From contig JAPEUD010000103.1 of NCBI GenBank assembly GCA_026026165.1, positions 1-64,000 on the forward strand: a stretch of 64,000 bases of DNA, read 5' to 3'. Position 1 is the stretch's first letter, and each line of letters opens with the position of its first letter. The position numbers were made by a program, and so were the translations under genes. This DNA is from Sarea resinae (Eukaryota). The notes beneath the pieces are model-generated. The model made no database searches and was not told the DNA's origin. It saw only the letters and a program-made list of their open reading frames with translations. Of this stretch, positions 13,319-27,248 are shown in pieces.

Positions 13319-14113
13319 AGCTCCGGGGGGGGTCGAGGGCGTAATAGAGAGGTCGCAGCAGATGTCCTGGTCAATTGCGCGGATGGAAGACTGATTCGAT
13401 GGGGGCGGCCACGGAAGCAAGGATGCTAGAATCTATGATGATGGCAGCTCACTCCTCCGATGCTTCTGTTATTTGGGTAGTTCGAGATGCAGCAGTGAAT
13501 TCGTCGCGAGCATTGGGTAGATGTTGTGATTTGTGCTTGTCTACCCATACGTGGCTCCTTTGCGAGGAAATAGTCCTACTACATTCTGGAGGTGCAGTCG
13601 TGGGTAGGTATCGATCCCTACGGAGACGGTATACAAAGAAGAGACGAATGAGAAGCCATGGTTCGCTTCACCGCCTTGAGGCGTCGTTGCTAATCACTCG
13701 AAGATCGAGGTCGATCAAAAGTGCGAGGAGAGCGACGAAAGTGGCTCATTCATGGAGCAGTCAAAGAGGTCAGATGTAGCATCTGCTCGAAGGCGGATGT
13801 CAAGATCGAAATGATCACGAACGAGACAGCCCTGGAGCGCATTGGGCCTTGAATACTCTCCATACTCTCCAACACAAAGTGAAGTACCAGGCGCGTACTG
13901 TACGGAGTGGTAGCCTCGTGTGGGGTTACCCGCGTGGCATTGTCGTTGTCACAGATCCTCTATGATGGTGGACGAAATACTCGTGAATATCGCCGTCTAT
14001 CATCCTGACCACCACAGGCACTGGATATGAGATGAATGGGGCGAGCTACTCTGGAGAGTCTGGAGAGTCTGGAGAGTCTGCAGAGGTCCGACGGAGCCCA
14101 CGCTGCTCATGGC

Positions 14114-16859
14114 ATGGCTGACATCGACGACGATGACTTCTTCACCGACGATGATCTCGATGCATTGCCCGCCAATGCCCTCGAAGATCTCGAGCAAAAG
14201 GCTTTCGAGTCCACACAACAGAGAGCAGTAAATGCGCATGCCACTTCCCTGCATTCTCATCACACGACAGACAAGTTCAATGCATTGTCCAGGGATCAAG
14301 CGTCTCTGCAGCCTCCCCACCGTCAGCCACACGCGGGTCAATCCGGTCTCCATGGGCGATATCAGCCACAGGAGCCATCTTCGGACTACGGAGAATTCGA
14401 GGACGAGGCTTTAGAGGCAGGCTTTCTGGATGCCGCTGAACCTGTACGAGAGGCCCCGGCGCCGTTCGTGGGCGGAAATATTGGTGATGTTAATCAGAGA
14501 GAGCAATGGCCACAACTGCGAGATGCTGGTAACGAAAACCATCAAGTTCTCCAGCCACAGCAGGGGTATCCAACACCACACCAGCTGAGAGGAAATCATC
14601 AGCATCATCTCAAAGACAGTGGGTTTTTCCAAGACTACGATGCAAGGCCACTGGACGAGAGACCGAATGCCTTGGATACGCTGGATCAGCGGCAGGGCGA
14701 AGAACCCGTCGAATTGCACAATGAAGAGGTCTCTTTATTGCAAGCACAATTGCAAGAGGTGTGCCTGTTCGTTCCCTCGGGTGGATATATTAATTGACTT
14801 GAATAGCTGCTTGAAGAACGTGACGCCTTGCATCGAGACCTGGAGGCCGCAAATTCTACAGCTCTCAAGTCTGCTGGCGAGATCGCCATCGTACGAGCCA
14901 ACCAAGCAAAGGCTACCAAGGAATACGAGCAGAAGCTACTTGCACTGCAGAAGCTTCATGCCGACGAAGCCGAGAAGCAAAAAGAGGCCATTTTCGAGGC
15001 GAGACAGGCGAGAGAGAAGGTGAAAACAGAGAATCAATTCCTCAAGCAAGACCTGGCTGAGGACAAGCTTTTCAGAAAGACTGCCAAAGACAATGGGAGC
15101 AAAAGTGCTTTGACAAAGTCTGCGGGGAATGTGAGTCCTTTTACGACCCCGAAAAAGGCGAAACCATTAGCCTATCGAGACGGTTTCGACGATGACGAGA
15201 TTACTATCGTGTCTCCTTCAAAGGTTGGCGGAAGGTCAAAGCCAGTAACTCCACGGGCTGGAGCGAAGAGGAAACGTCGAACCGTAGATGACAGCCCTGT
15301 CAAGGAGCTACAATTCACTCAACCGCGAATTGATAACGAAAAACAAGTCTTGAGCCAGCATTCCGTCGGTGTGCGAGATGAGGGCTGGCTGCAGCAGGCC
15401 TCCAGGGACGACGGTCGATTCGAAGTAAGCTCTTGCGGAAGAGCGCCCAGGAAGCGAGCTAACGCCATGCAGTTTGTTCGGGATATGCTTGTCCACCGGC
15501 CTCGAGATGACCACGAACAGACCTTTGAAGCATTTACAAAATACAGCTTTCCATCTAATCCAGCGCTGTCATTCTCTTCCATAATCTTAACCAAGATGTC
15601 GGCGCTCGATGCCAAAAAAGACATCGAAAACTTCCGAGCCGCTTTCTGTGAGATTTTCATGTCTATTTGGTCGCAATGTCTCTTTGAAAAATATGTCAGT
15701 GCCAGGCTTTGCTTGATGCTTTTTGCCGCAGCTCACACAAGGGACACTTTAGTATTCTCCCCTTTACCTAATACTAGATCTCCTTCAATTTGCTCTCGTC
15801 ATCGATACCTCATCAACAATACCCTACATCCTCAACGATCTCGTCGTCCTCATTCAGCGTACCATCGATGTAAAAGCCGTTCCTCGCTTCCACGGCGCTT
15901 ACCATCCGCCTCCCACCGCGGGCAACAACAATCCCAATGATGAAAAGCGCAATTACAACTACGTCAACTGCGAAATTCATCCCGACAGCGGCTGCATTAT
16001 TGTGAACGACTACATGGTATTCCTGCAGATGATCGCCACCAGCTGTTTGCACAACGAAGCCTATATCCGCCGCTTCTGGCAACTGATGCGCCACGATTTT
16101 ATTCTGATGATGCTCCACACCCATCAGCTCATATCTGATGTCCAACTCAACCTCCGCATCCTGAGCACATCCTCGCTTTCCATGACACTCGGCCCCATCC
16201 TCGGGGGTCCAGAAGCAGATGACAGCATCCAGGCCCTGAACGAACGGTACATCATCTCTCGATTCACGGGCCTCTTGATCGAGCCTCCGTTTGCAGCCAT
16301 AGGAGAGGAGCCCTATGATGAGATACAGATCAAGAGATTACGCATTGATGTTCTGGGAGTGATAGGTTCGATTTGTAAGACTGAACATGGGAGTCAAGCT
16401 GTAGCGTTACATTCGCATGTCATCGGCCGACTGGTCAAGACCATGCACGACGAGCTCGATGTCTTGTACGACCACCGCGCCGGCTATGAGTTGAGGTTCG
16501 TAATGTCTTTTCTTCCACCCCCAAAGGTTTGATTATCTAACATTTCCAACAGCGCAAACCTAACCACCCTATCCACGCTGCTCCTCTACCACCTGCTGAT
16601 CCCCGCGCCACACAACGCGGCCTATCATCACCTCATCGACCTGCAAGCCCGTCTTGCTCTAGTGCCAGGCGGCCAACACAAATACCTCGTCGCGCTTACA
16701 CGATTGGCGTTCAGCGAGGGGATGGTGCTGGACAAGGACATTGACATTCGGGTGGTGGATGCCGCCCATCGCTTGCTGGAGGAGAGGGTCACGCCCGAGG
16801 AGGGCGACGCGTTGGATGATGTTTTCGGCGGATCTGTGGGGAGAAATAGGGGAGGGTGA
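14114..16859 (+). CDS. ATRIP/Rad26/UvsD-like DNA damage checkpoint protein (4 introns)
   Basis: Acidic N-terminus (DDDDFFTDDDLDALP), coiled coil containing GEIAIVRAN, TPKK...YRDGFDDDE motif and a helical C-terminal domain. This matches my recollection of fungal Rad26/UvsD. Confidence 0.75.
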
Positions 16860-17213
16860 TTCGCATGTGCTTGTAAGCGGGATTTGTTCGCGGTATGACA
16901 GGCGTTTATGCGTGTCTGAGCCGGGGCTTGGAATTGGCTTGGGCTTGGGCTGGGGCTTTGGCTGGCTGGATCGATTTTTTTGCTATCGGGCTAGATAGAT
17001 GGACAGAGCGGGGTGGGGCCTGGTAGGATGGGCGTTTGATCTTTTTTCATCTTGCTAGTCTCGATCGGCTTTTCTTCTCCTTTTGTTTTTCATGGTGGCA
17101 TATATGTTTTCTTGCATTTGCATGCATTTCAAGCAAGCAACGCGTACCAAGCATATTGGCTGGCTTAGCTAGATGAGTAAATGGCTAGAGGGCTAGATGG
17201 CTAGAAGATATAT

Positions 17214-17220
17214 CTATATA

Positions 17221-17259
<39 letters not shown>

Positions 17260-18530
17260 CGTATTAGAAAGAAGAAGAAGACGAAGAAGACGAAGAAGAC
17301 GAAGAAGACGAAGGCATAGCCTAAACGTACAAGACGAGTTGACATCCTACCTAAGGTAGCTAAAGACCCTATCCACTCACACACACACACAGAGCATAAA
17401 CACACACAGCATACACACACACAGCATACACACATACACATATCCCTTCCAAGAAACCCTCCTTCCCTTCCCCTCCCCTCCCCGAATCTCACCTCACTTC
17501 CCCTTTCCTGCCCTCCCCTCCGCTCTCCTCTCTGCACCTCCTCTCTCTACACCTCCCCTCTCTACACCTTCACGAGCACCCACCTGTATCTACCTGTACC
17601 TCTACCCAACTACCCAACTACCCAACTACCTAGCTCATCCTATCCTATCCTATCCTATCCGAGTCACCCTCCCTATACTACCCACCTCGCCCGACTCACC
17701 GTACCCTACTCTCACACCCTGACCTACCCACCCTGAGATACATACATATATACATGCATCCAGGCACCAAATAACAATGATATGTCCCTCGCTATAATCC
17801 GGTCCAGGCACTAATGTAATGCCAAGGAGTATTGCTGGTTGCTGAGCCAGAGGATTGCTGGTTGCTGGTTGCTGCTGCGGAAGGAAAGGGGCAACGGCCA
17901 AGGGAGAAGGGGAAAAGGGAAAAGGGAAAAGCGAAAGGGGGAAAAAAGGGGAAGAATGAAGGGTTAGGAGCGGAGGCCAGGATTCTTTTAGGTTCAGAGA
18001 GTCTGAGATCTAAAGTCTGGAGTCCTAGAGTCTTAGAGTCTTAGTAGCCAAGGCGGGTTGGTTGGACTGGATTGGACAGGTAGAGAGATGTTAGGGCAGA
18101 TGTTAGATGTCAGGTGTCAGGAGAGATGTCAGATGTCAGATTTTATGAGCGAAGGGAGCGAGGGGAATGAGGAAAGAAAGGGAGAAGAAGAAGGGGAGGC
18201 GAGAGAGAGAGAGAGAGAGAAGGGGGGGGGGAGCGGGTTTAAAGTTCTGGGCCCTGAGGCCTGAGATCTGAAGTCCTAGAGTCCAGATTACGGGTGGCTG
18301 AGGCGGATGGGTTGGATCAGATGGGTGAATAGATGTTAGGGAATATGTCAGATATCGTGAGTGAGCGAGGAAGCAAGAAGGGCAGAGGGAGAGAGCTGAA
18401 GGGATAGATGGAGCTAAAGGGCTAGATGGATATAGACTAGAACACCCCAGGGAGACAGAGACGGACGCAGAAGATAGCAATAAAAGGGATAGGATTAGCA
18501 AAAGCCATCAGGTCCAACGTTTCTGTCCTG
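17214..18530. repeat. Low-complexity microsatellite-rich spacer between convergent genes
   Basis: (CT)n, (GAAGAAGAC)n, (CA)n, (CCAACTAC)n, (CCTAT)n, (GA)n and other short repeats; no credible ORF. Confidence 0.85.
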
Positions 18531-18534
18531 AAAC

Positions 18535-20375
18535 CTAGTAGCGATACACGGGCCTCCCCTGCGCCTGCCCCTGCGTCTGCCCCTGTGAATGACCCCAAGC
18601 CTCCTGTACCCGTTGAGCCTCAGCTTGTCCGTCACCACCACCACCACCACCACTCACCCTACTGCCGCTATTGACATTCACATCATCCCCCAGAAGCCTA
18701 TCCTCGTAGATTCCCTCTGCCCCCGCTTCTCCTTCTCTTCCTTCGCCCACGGGAGCAACGGCAGACGGGACGGACGCGCCGTGCATGTTCACGTGGTCGA
18801 TGGCCGAGTCCTGGCGGTGAATGTACGATGGCGTACTCGTCGTGAGCTGGGGCGGGTGCGGTGGCGCTTGCGTCTGTGATGGCGGCTGGAGTGGTGGTTG
18901 TTGTTGTTGGTGGCCCGGCGGAGGGAGCGAAGGGGGCGAGTACTCAACTTCGGGACGGATCACGGGCTGGAGCGGCGGCTGGGCTGGCAGAGATGCTGAG
19001 GGCGGATCACTATAGTCCCAGGGCAGAGGCTCTTGCTCCTGCTGCTGTTGCTGTGGATGTGCGGCAGATGGTGGTGATGCCAGCGGGTGTTCGGCTTGCG
19101 AGGAGGCTGACGCGTCCAGAAAGGGGTTCTTCAAGAACGGATTCTTCGAAGTCGTCGTGGTGCCGTTCGTGCGCTGTGGAAGGCGTGGGAGCGGCGCAGC
19201 AGACGCCGGCACTTGCCCCTGCTCTTGTCCATTTACTAGAGACGATGGTGACGGCGACGGCGACGCGCTCTGCGAGCCCAGTGCTTTTCGCGCCTGCAGC
19301 ACGCCGCGCTGATACTTGCTCACGGCCACACTGAGCAACTCGTTGGTCTCAATCAGCGTGAGCATGGTGTCGTCGTCCGGGGGCGGGTCATCGGCGCCAA
19401 TGTACCCGTGGATCGATTTACTCGCCGATTGGCAGCGTTCAGCGAACTCCTTGAGGATATCACTAGCAAGAATCTCCGTGGTCGGAGTCGACTGGAGCAC
19501 TTGCGTCAGCAATTTGGCCGACGTTCTGGCTTCTTCGATGCGCGAGGCGAGTTCGTCAGGGTGGGGGAGCCCGGCGCGGGCCCTGTGGCGGCGGGCAAAG
19601 TAGTTGGCACTGTTAGGGTCGTAAGGAGGAGCATTGAGGGTGCGAGGAACGGGCGCCATGGGTTGACTCTGAGCAAGACGCTGCACGCCGGCTCGATTCT
19701 TTGCCTTCAATTTCTCCTTTTTCCACATCTCGCGCAGGCCCGTCAGCGTCTCATCATCTGGCTTCGACACCTCAAACGATTCCAACGTCTCCTGCAGGAT
19801 CTGCTGCACGTTCGCGTCCTTGGGATCCTTTAGGATTTCCTTGATGGTCGCGACAAACTTGGCATCGATGTTACGTGTGAATGCTTTGCCCGGATGGTCC
19901 GCCAGGATGCGGATCAGCATGATGGCGTTGTAACGAACGTGAGCTTTGCTGGGGTTGTCTTTGAGGCATTTGCGGATGACCGTCGCGGCTTCCTTTTGGG
20001 CCGCCGGGCTAGACTCGGCGGCATCCACGATAGCGGGGAGGTATAAGACTTCTTCATCCTATTGATTGATTGCGCCTTGTGAGCTGAAGCCCTATCTCAC
20101 GGCGCATGGTCCGGGGTTCCATACCTGATTATCTGGACCGCCGGATTCGCAAAAGAGTCTCTAGTCCTCGCATCAATAGAGTCCGGATTCAATGGATGAT
20201 CATGCCTACTATATTTCTGCCGATATTGGCCTCCGGGGCGTCGTCGTTAGGTGCTCTTGCATCTGGGTCTGTAGCCGCCGTTAGCTCCAGAGCTCTCGAT
20301 CTTGAAGCTATGATCTCACGTACTCTCGCGCTTCCTGCGAGAGCCCAACAACTTCGACATGACTTTATCAGCCAT
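18535..20375 (-). CDS. VHS/GAT-domain endocytic adaptor-like protein (3 short 5' introns; start 20375 or 20360)
   Basis: Spliced RLFCESGGPDNQ|DEEVLYLPAIVDAAESSPAA...YNAIMLIRILADHPG (VHS-like); ELASRIEEARTSAKLL...TLIETNELL (GAT); Pro/Gln-rich tail with two NPF motifs. Confidence 0.8.
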
Positions 20376-21177
20376 GGCGCTCGCAGCTCGTGCTACGGGG
20401 TAATGGATATAGGTGAGTAATCAAGCAAGCCGAGAAGGTCAAAAATACCGTGCTGGTTGACGTGCGAGGCAACAACTCATGGGCAGCAGTCTATCGTGGG
20501 GAAGTTGTTATTGCTTGCAGGCTGTTTGTTTGGCAAGGGTCCGGGGTCCTAGCGAAATGATATAACAGATCTCGGGCGGAGATGCGCAATAGAGATCAAC
20601 AGATATTGATGACGAACCGCGCCCCGCACATTCGCACGCCAGTCTTTGAATCATATCATAAGTTGCCAGCACGAGGTCGAGAACTGCCGTGCAAAAACCA
20701 GCCAGATCCCTCCGGCGGCTGCACAGCCACAGCATCAACGTACATGGATTCATCACATGCGCTAGCCGCGTCAACAATGAGATCATATCGGCCATATCGG
20801 CCTCGAGCGACCACGTTGTAGGGTTCGAAGATATTGCTCTAAAAGCTCTTAGGGGAGAAAATGCGAAATTTCGGGTCATTACAGTATTCTCAGCAGCAGC
20901 GATTCCGAGATTACGTGACTGGGTCTAGCCTGATGGTAGTCTCATTCAGAAATTCAGCACAAGGTACTTCGCACGAGTGGAATCACCACACCAGACAAAG
21001 CTTCAGTGTCTCGAGAGGAAGTTTTTGACAAAAGAAGTGCTAACGGAGCACAAACATCCCACGACCTCCCTGCGTGCTCTGGGCGAAGAATGTGAGGGGA
21101 AAAAAGATCTCGAAATCCCAGACGCCTGCCGCACGCCAAATCTAAATTGGATATACAAAAGAATTCAAATGCCTTTC

Positions 21178-22480
21178 TCAGCCGCCTGTGCTCGAGTCCG
21201 GGCTATTGTCCGATTCCGCAATCGAATTTGACTTCAAGCCGACGCCCGCGGCCTTCATGGCTTCTATGGAGCCAACTAATCGCTCTCTCGCTGTCGTCAC
21301 GGCCACCATTCGGTCGGCCTCTGCTTCGATGGCATTTCTCAAAGTCCAATACGCGTCGTTGACAGCGACTATCGCTGCATCCTCGTAGTCGGGAGCAATC
21401 TTCTCGGCCGTAATCAACGCCTCCCTAGCATCGCGCAAGTCTTTCCAGTAGTTGGAGATGAGCTCCGGGTACGTCGTCTTTTCCAACTCCATATCCCACT
21501 CGTGGGGCTTCGTCTCGACGGTGGTAAGCCAACTCGACATGTGTCTCCAGCGATCATCCTCCAACCCAGGGAAGTGGACCAGTAAATCACCCTTCTTTCC
21601 TTCGTATCCGTGATGGAATTCATATGTGTTGAACCATGGCCGTGGCTGGTACAGAACACCGGAGCGGAATTCGGTCTCATTGAAAACGTATGCCATGGCG
21701 ACTTGGTCCATCGATACGCCGAGATCGATGTCTGGGTGGAACATCGGAAACGCCATTGCCTTGGTCAACATCCTGACGGACCATTCGTGAACATGAATAA
21801 AAAAGATGCCAGTGTTCAACCCATTTTGGTCCTTGTTGCCGATAAAGTGAACATTCGAGAAGTCCTCGGGCGGAAGAAAAATCTCGACGGGAAGAAGTTG
21901 ATTGATTATAATGGAATCGGCATCGACCCACCTGTTGCACACCAGATGTCAGCGTCACCCATTCACTCTCAATTGCCGCCAGTACGCCTACATGAGCCAT
22001 TGGGTCCTCTCGCCCGGCGGCTTCGCCAATTCATTGACGACGAGCGACAGTATATAGGCGGGCTTGTTCCAGTACCCCCCCGTAATCTCCTGGCGCAGCA
22101 CATGGACCGGATAGCCCAGCTTCTGGCCATGTTTGACATGGGTCCGGACGGCGCGTTCGTAGAGCTCATTGGGCTTGCCGTAGAGCATCGAGATCTTTCC
22201 TACTCTCGCCCCACCCTCGGGGCTGTATTGGCCCACAGAATACCGCGAAGCGCCATGGGTCGAGGACAGCGAGCGGAAGATGGCGATGGTGAAGAGGAAG
22301 ACAACGAGAGCGGCCAGCAGGCCACATGTCGGCGAACGCTGTCGAGGGAGTCAGCAATGGCTTGGGCCGATGTCTTGTAGAAGATGGATCATCACTATAG
22401 AGTTTCGGTTAGTATTCGTGTCTCGTGGTGAAGATGCAACGTGCGATGCAAGGAGGGCATTCCTCACCCTTGAACGGCAT
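21178..22480 (-). CDS. Glycosyltransferase family 34 (GMA12/MNN10-like)
   Basis: TM segment GLLAALVVFLFTIAIF; motifs WNKPAY, WLMWVDADS (DxD), GLNTGIFF, DQ and LLVHFPG. The 5' end requires a complex intron (see findings). Confidence 0.85.
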
Positions 22481-23611
22481 GTTTCTGAGAAGAATCCGGG
22501 CAGCGATAGGCGAAGACGCAGAGCGCCGAGACAACGAGCTGCAGCGTCAAAATGAAAGTTTGAGATTTTGAGACAGAGAACGGCGGCGAAAAGGGGAGAG
22601 CGGTGGGATCGAACATCTGGCGGAAAGAAGATGGGAGAAAGCGAGCGCACGGGAACGAGTCGGTGTCGTCTTACGGTGGTGACACCATCATCATCATCAT
22701 CCGAATCGCAGTATATGAGGGGGACGGCAGTCTGCTGGAAAGCGTGAAAGAGTGGAGGGCCTTAGAACGAAAACGTCTGTATCCAGCAAGAAGCTGCACC
22801 GCATCACAGCAACACAAAGCAACCACCTTGCCATGTCCGTCCCTACTAGTACCATTGGATGGTCAGGCCCGTTCCCATTCCCATTCAAGCCGACCCTGCA
22901 GGTGGTCGATGGTCTGCCCGCGTACCGTGACCTCCTCCCGTAGCCCGGGATTCTGGAGAGGTAGTGGCCCAAGTACCGTGTGCTGCGACGCCCCATACGA
23001 AAGCGACTTCGCCCGCGACCCTGAGACAGCGCCGCGAGCGCAAACGGACACGAAACACGACGAGACACGAGGTACCTCTACCGGGATACGTAATGATCTC
23101 GCGCGCCGCCCGTCAGAAAAGAAGAACCGGAGAGACGAAAAGGAGAGCAGCATACGCAGTGGTACTCAGGACTACTGCGGCCTGCCGAGGGGCGCGCCTG
23201 AGGGAGGTACTGCAGACCTCAGCTCGATACCTGACTCTACCGAGTAGAGTGATACCTCCCATCAAGCCTCAAGCAATGCTGGCATAACAATAGCATCAAT
23301 GATCCATCCTCTATCGATGGTGGGGGCTATCAATGGTGAGAGCCCTCGATGGCATCTCAGCTAGACCGTGGCACTGCCCTATGCCCTGTCACGCATCTTG
23401 ACAGCTCGAACCTCAGACAGGTACAGGTACCTTACCTCCAGCTTACTCTTCTCCCGTAGACGCGCAAGTCGGACTGTATACGAGGTATGCGAATACGACC
23501 ACCAGCGGCGTGGACCCGAAGCAAGTGCAATTCAGCTACTGGACGACAGCCATTTTGCCTAAAGCAGCCCGAGGTCATATGCTCTTCTAACCAGCTAGCC
23601 CGGGGATCACG

Positions 23612-23646
23612 ATGCGTATGCGTATGCGTATGCGTATGCGTATGCG
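23612..23646. repeat. (ATGCGT)n hexamer microsatellite
   Basis: About 6 tandem units. Confidence 0.9.
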
Positions 23647-24060
23647 TGCTTGGTTGCTTGGTCGTTCCCGAAATGCCGCCTAGTAGGCTTCAATGAGAAT
23701 CCTCTTTAGCAGTCTAGTTGTTCATTTGGCCCTCATCTCAGGTACCTATTCAGGTGGGCCTGGCTAGCATGTTGAGACCAATTGTCAACGCGTGCTCCAG
23801 AAGCTCTCGATAGAGTCCGCCACCAGAGTCGCACGGTCTCCAAGAGCGGGCAAGTATTGCAAGAGAAAATGAAGGACTTGATTTGAATGATGCGAATTCG
23901 TGATTCGTTTCATGTGCAAGAATGCGAGGAGTATATGTTTATACGCAATAAATCAACCCAGGAAAACCCAGCCCCCCCACTCAGCGCAATGTGGATGCCG
24001 CCACTATGCAACGCGATACAATGCAATCCCATCGCAGACCCAAAGACTCAAGAACTCCGT

Positions 24061-25981
24061 CTATTTTGTGCGCTCCGCCGATACCGACAAATCCGGCTCC
24101 TCATCCACCATATCTATACCCCCGTCCTCACTGCCCTCGATCGGGCTATGAATGAAGACACTGCGCGTCCACCCGTCGGCCTCGAGTCTCGTCTCCTTGA
24201 TCAGGCGATATCCCCCAATCTTCGGCAGCACGACAGCCCAGCCAACCCAGTATATCGCACCCGCCGCAAATATGCCCAGCGCAACAACACAATGGAGGTA
24301 GTATGGGAGATGTTTGTAGACGTTCTGGCCCGCGTCCGGGGGCACGTAGGGTGAAGCCACAAGGTAGAGGTTTGAGAGGAAGAAGAAGATGACGACGGGA
24401 AGAGTTGCGCGGATAGGAGGGTTCCAGTCGTGGAACTTCTTGCGGTTGAGGTAGATGTAGATAAGGCCGGCGGAGACAAAGGCGTTGACGATGGAGAGAG
24501 GATAGGAAATCAGGCTGTAAGGACATGTCGTTAGCAAGAGCTGAGATTGGAGCACGGCCAGGAGGGGAAACAAACTTGACGAGGAAGTTATAGGCGTCGC
24601 CAGGTGGAGGAGCGAGCAAAATGATCATGGACACGACCCAGTGCTCAAACAGACCCGCTGCGGGCGATTTGAAGGGTTTGTTACTGGCCCACAGCCGCGA
24701 CAAGGGTATGATGCCTTCACGGCCAAGCTCTTGAACAACTACAGCGGAGACAAGGTTAGCCAAATCGCCAAACCCTTGACGATCAAGATAAGCTTACTTC
24801 GGCCCTGGGAGAATATGACCGCCAAGACATTGCCAAATGCGGAGAGGGCCACGAAGACAGACAGAGCTCGCTCTGCCTGCTTGCCAAACACGTTTCGGAA
24901 GAACAAAGCTGCCACTGTGCGGCCCGAAGTCATGATGTCGGCTTTCGGGACCGCGGCAAAGTAAGCGATGTTGACCAACATATAGAAGATCCCGACAGTG
25001 ATGACGGCCAGTGGGGCAGCTATCTTGAGGGTTCGTTCTGGATTTCTGGTCTCGCTCAAAGCCTGTCCACAGTCAGCGGCCGGCTATAACTTAACCACGG
25101 GAGGGTCTCCGCACATAATTCGCGTTCGAGTAGCCTATGTAAGACCAGATGACGTTGTAAAGAGCCGTGACAATTCCATAGCCACTTCCTTTGGTTCCCT
25201 CGAAAGCGTTTGTGAAATTGTGAGGCTTGTCGATCTTCAAATGGCCTCCAAGAGCTGCGAACCCGGAACAAATAATGAAAATGATGATGACTAGCTTGAA
25301 GGTTCCGAGGACGTTTTGTAGCCGCAAGCCCCATTTCACAGCAAAGGAGTGAACCAAGAAGGCTGTCGTAAGGCAGGCCAGACCGATACCTCGCTGATTC
25401 CACCGGGTGACGTCTTTCTCTGCTGCCAGGAGGATATACTCTCCAAAGATCACGCTGTTCGAAGCGGCCCAGCCCAGCAAACACACGTAGGATGCAAACA
25501 TCGCAGTCGCGAGATACTTTGGTTTCGTGTAGACAAACTCCAGGTAGTTCTTCTCGCCCCCATTTCTTGACACTGTCAGCTGTCGTCTTGTCAAAGTTTC
25601 GGATGCTCAACATACCTTGGTATCGCGGTTCCAAACTCGAGATACACGGCCGTACCAGCCAGGGAGATGAGCATCCCGGCCACCCATATAAACAACGCAA
25701 GACCAACACTTCCAGTGAGAGAGAGAATAGTTCCAGGTGTTGCGAAGATACCAGTTCCAATGACCCGATTGAAGATTAAAAAGGTCGCGCTGACAACACC
25801 AATTTGCCGGCGGTCCTCAGGGGCCTGCATCAACAGATCCCCATCATCTGTAAAGCCATCAGCGGGGTTCTTGCAGATCGTAGCCGGTGTTCGTACGTGA
25901 ACTGGTCTCAATGAGGGAGGTTGCCCGATGTGAAGAAGGCTTGGGGGCGTGGCCAACGGCCACATCATCATATGTTCCCAT
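24061..25981 (-). CDS. APC-superfamily amino acid permease, high-affinity methionine permease (Mup1-like; 5 introns)
   Basis: Motifs FLIFNRVIGTGIFATP, YLEFGTAIPRNGGEKNYL, WSYIGYSNANY, QELGREG, LAPPPGDAYNF; about 12 TM segments. Confidence 0.88.
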
Positions 25982-27248
25982 TGCAAGGTCAAGAGGATGT
26001 CTCGTCGTATATTTGCTCGATGAATAAAGGTTCAACGGAGAACATGGGGCATCTTATATAATTCAACTGCATATCGCGTGCTCCGGAAATTCTCAGGTCA
26101 CGGTGGATCTTGGCTGTGGTGCGATCTGCCCAGGAGGATGATGCCTTGGTCCAAAATCCTCGGGCCAAATCTTACAGATGTCGTCGCTCCAAGAAGAACC
26201 TGACGATGAAGCGACTCTAACCGCTCTCCCGCTCCTTTGCACACCATTTGACGTTGCGTGGGGAGGCCCCAAGATCTTGTCGAGTCCATTTCGATACGCT
26301 GCAGACAAATCATTGCGCGCTTGCCATTGCATGTTGCGGGCTTCTAGAAAAAACATTTGAGCACCCTTGCGCATGCTTGACCGCAAGTGGCAGACTTGGT
26401 GCTGGACAGACGGACTTTTTACGTTTAGTTTGATCGTCACGGCCTAGTTGAAGCTTTATTCGGATCTTGGTCTCGTGGGGTCTCGATTGCGTGCGATTGC
26501 GAAGGGTTGACAACATGCTGCGGATTAGTCATCCACCGTGTCCCTGAATTGGGACCGAGGGACCTCAACCTTCAATGCCAAATGCCACGATCATAATCCA
26601 ATGGAAGGCTCCTGAGGGACGCAAATCACCAAGACTAGCATACCTTACCTACTATAGTAGACCCTCCCCGAGACCCTACTAGGATGACCCAACGTTACAT
26701 CCGGACCGCTTGCCCCTACTATCCCACGTCTCATTGTTGAGTCAACTTCCATGCCATCCATGAATATTTACCATCTCGTGCTTGAATCCTTCGAGGCCTA
26801 TCACTCCACGACTGCACTCCAGGGATCCAAAGCGGTCAACCTTTCATTAGTCGTAGTCTTCTGGGTCTCTCGATCCGAGTATTTGTCGCGAATGGCAGAA
26901 AACCAATGAGTCTGCATCAGACCATGAATGCTTGATCGTCCCGAAGCTGCATGTTGTCTGGCTTCTAGCCTTCTAGAGGCTGATGGACACCCCTGAGTGG
27001 CTTTCTAGAAGCTCCAAAGATGAGGTGAACGCACGTACTGATAGTACTTCCGTTTCCGAAGAGCAGAGCCCGGTGACCATAGACCGACCCTAAGCGTCCC
27101 GCCGCTGCAGGCTGCAGCCCTAAATCCAACAAGGAGGAAGGTGCTCCGTGATTCTCGCTCATGAACATTCTCTCATGCATCTTGGTAACCACCATGGGTG
27201 AAAATTTTTTCTGTCTTACAACAATGGTAGAGCAGGCTGAAAGCAATT

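Noticed and set aside
22351..22353. TGA readthrough or selenocysteine in the GT34 N-terminus
   Set aside because: The TGA is part of a GCTGAC branch site followed by CAG, so splicing explains it more simply.
22603..23247. 214-aa intergenic ORF upstream of the GT34 gene
   Set aside because: Non-ATG start, biased composition, no domain; it lies in promoter-like DNA.
25992..26052. Two short upstream ORFs before the methionine permease
   Set aside because: Their ATGs lie within ~10 nt of a TATA-like TATATAA, so they are probably upstream of the transcription start.
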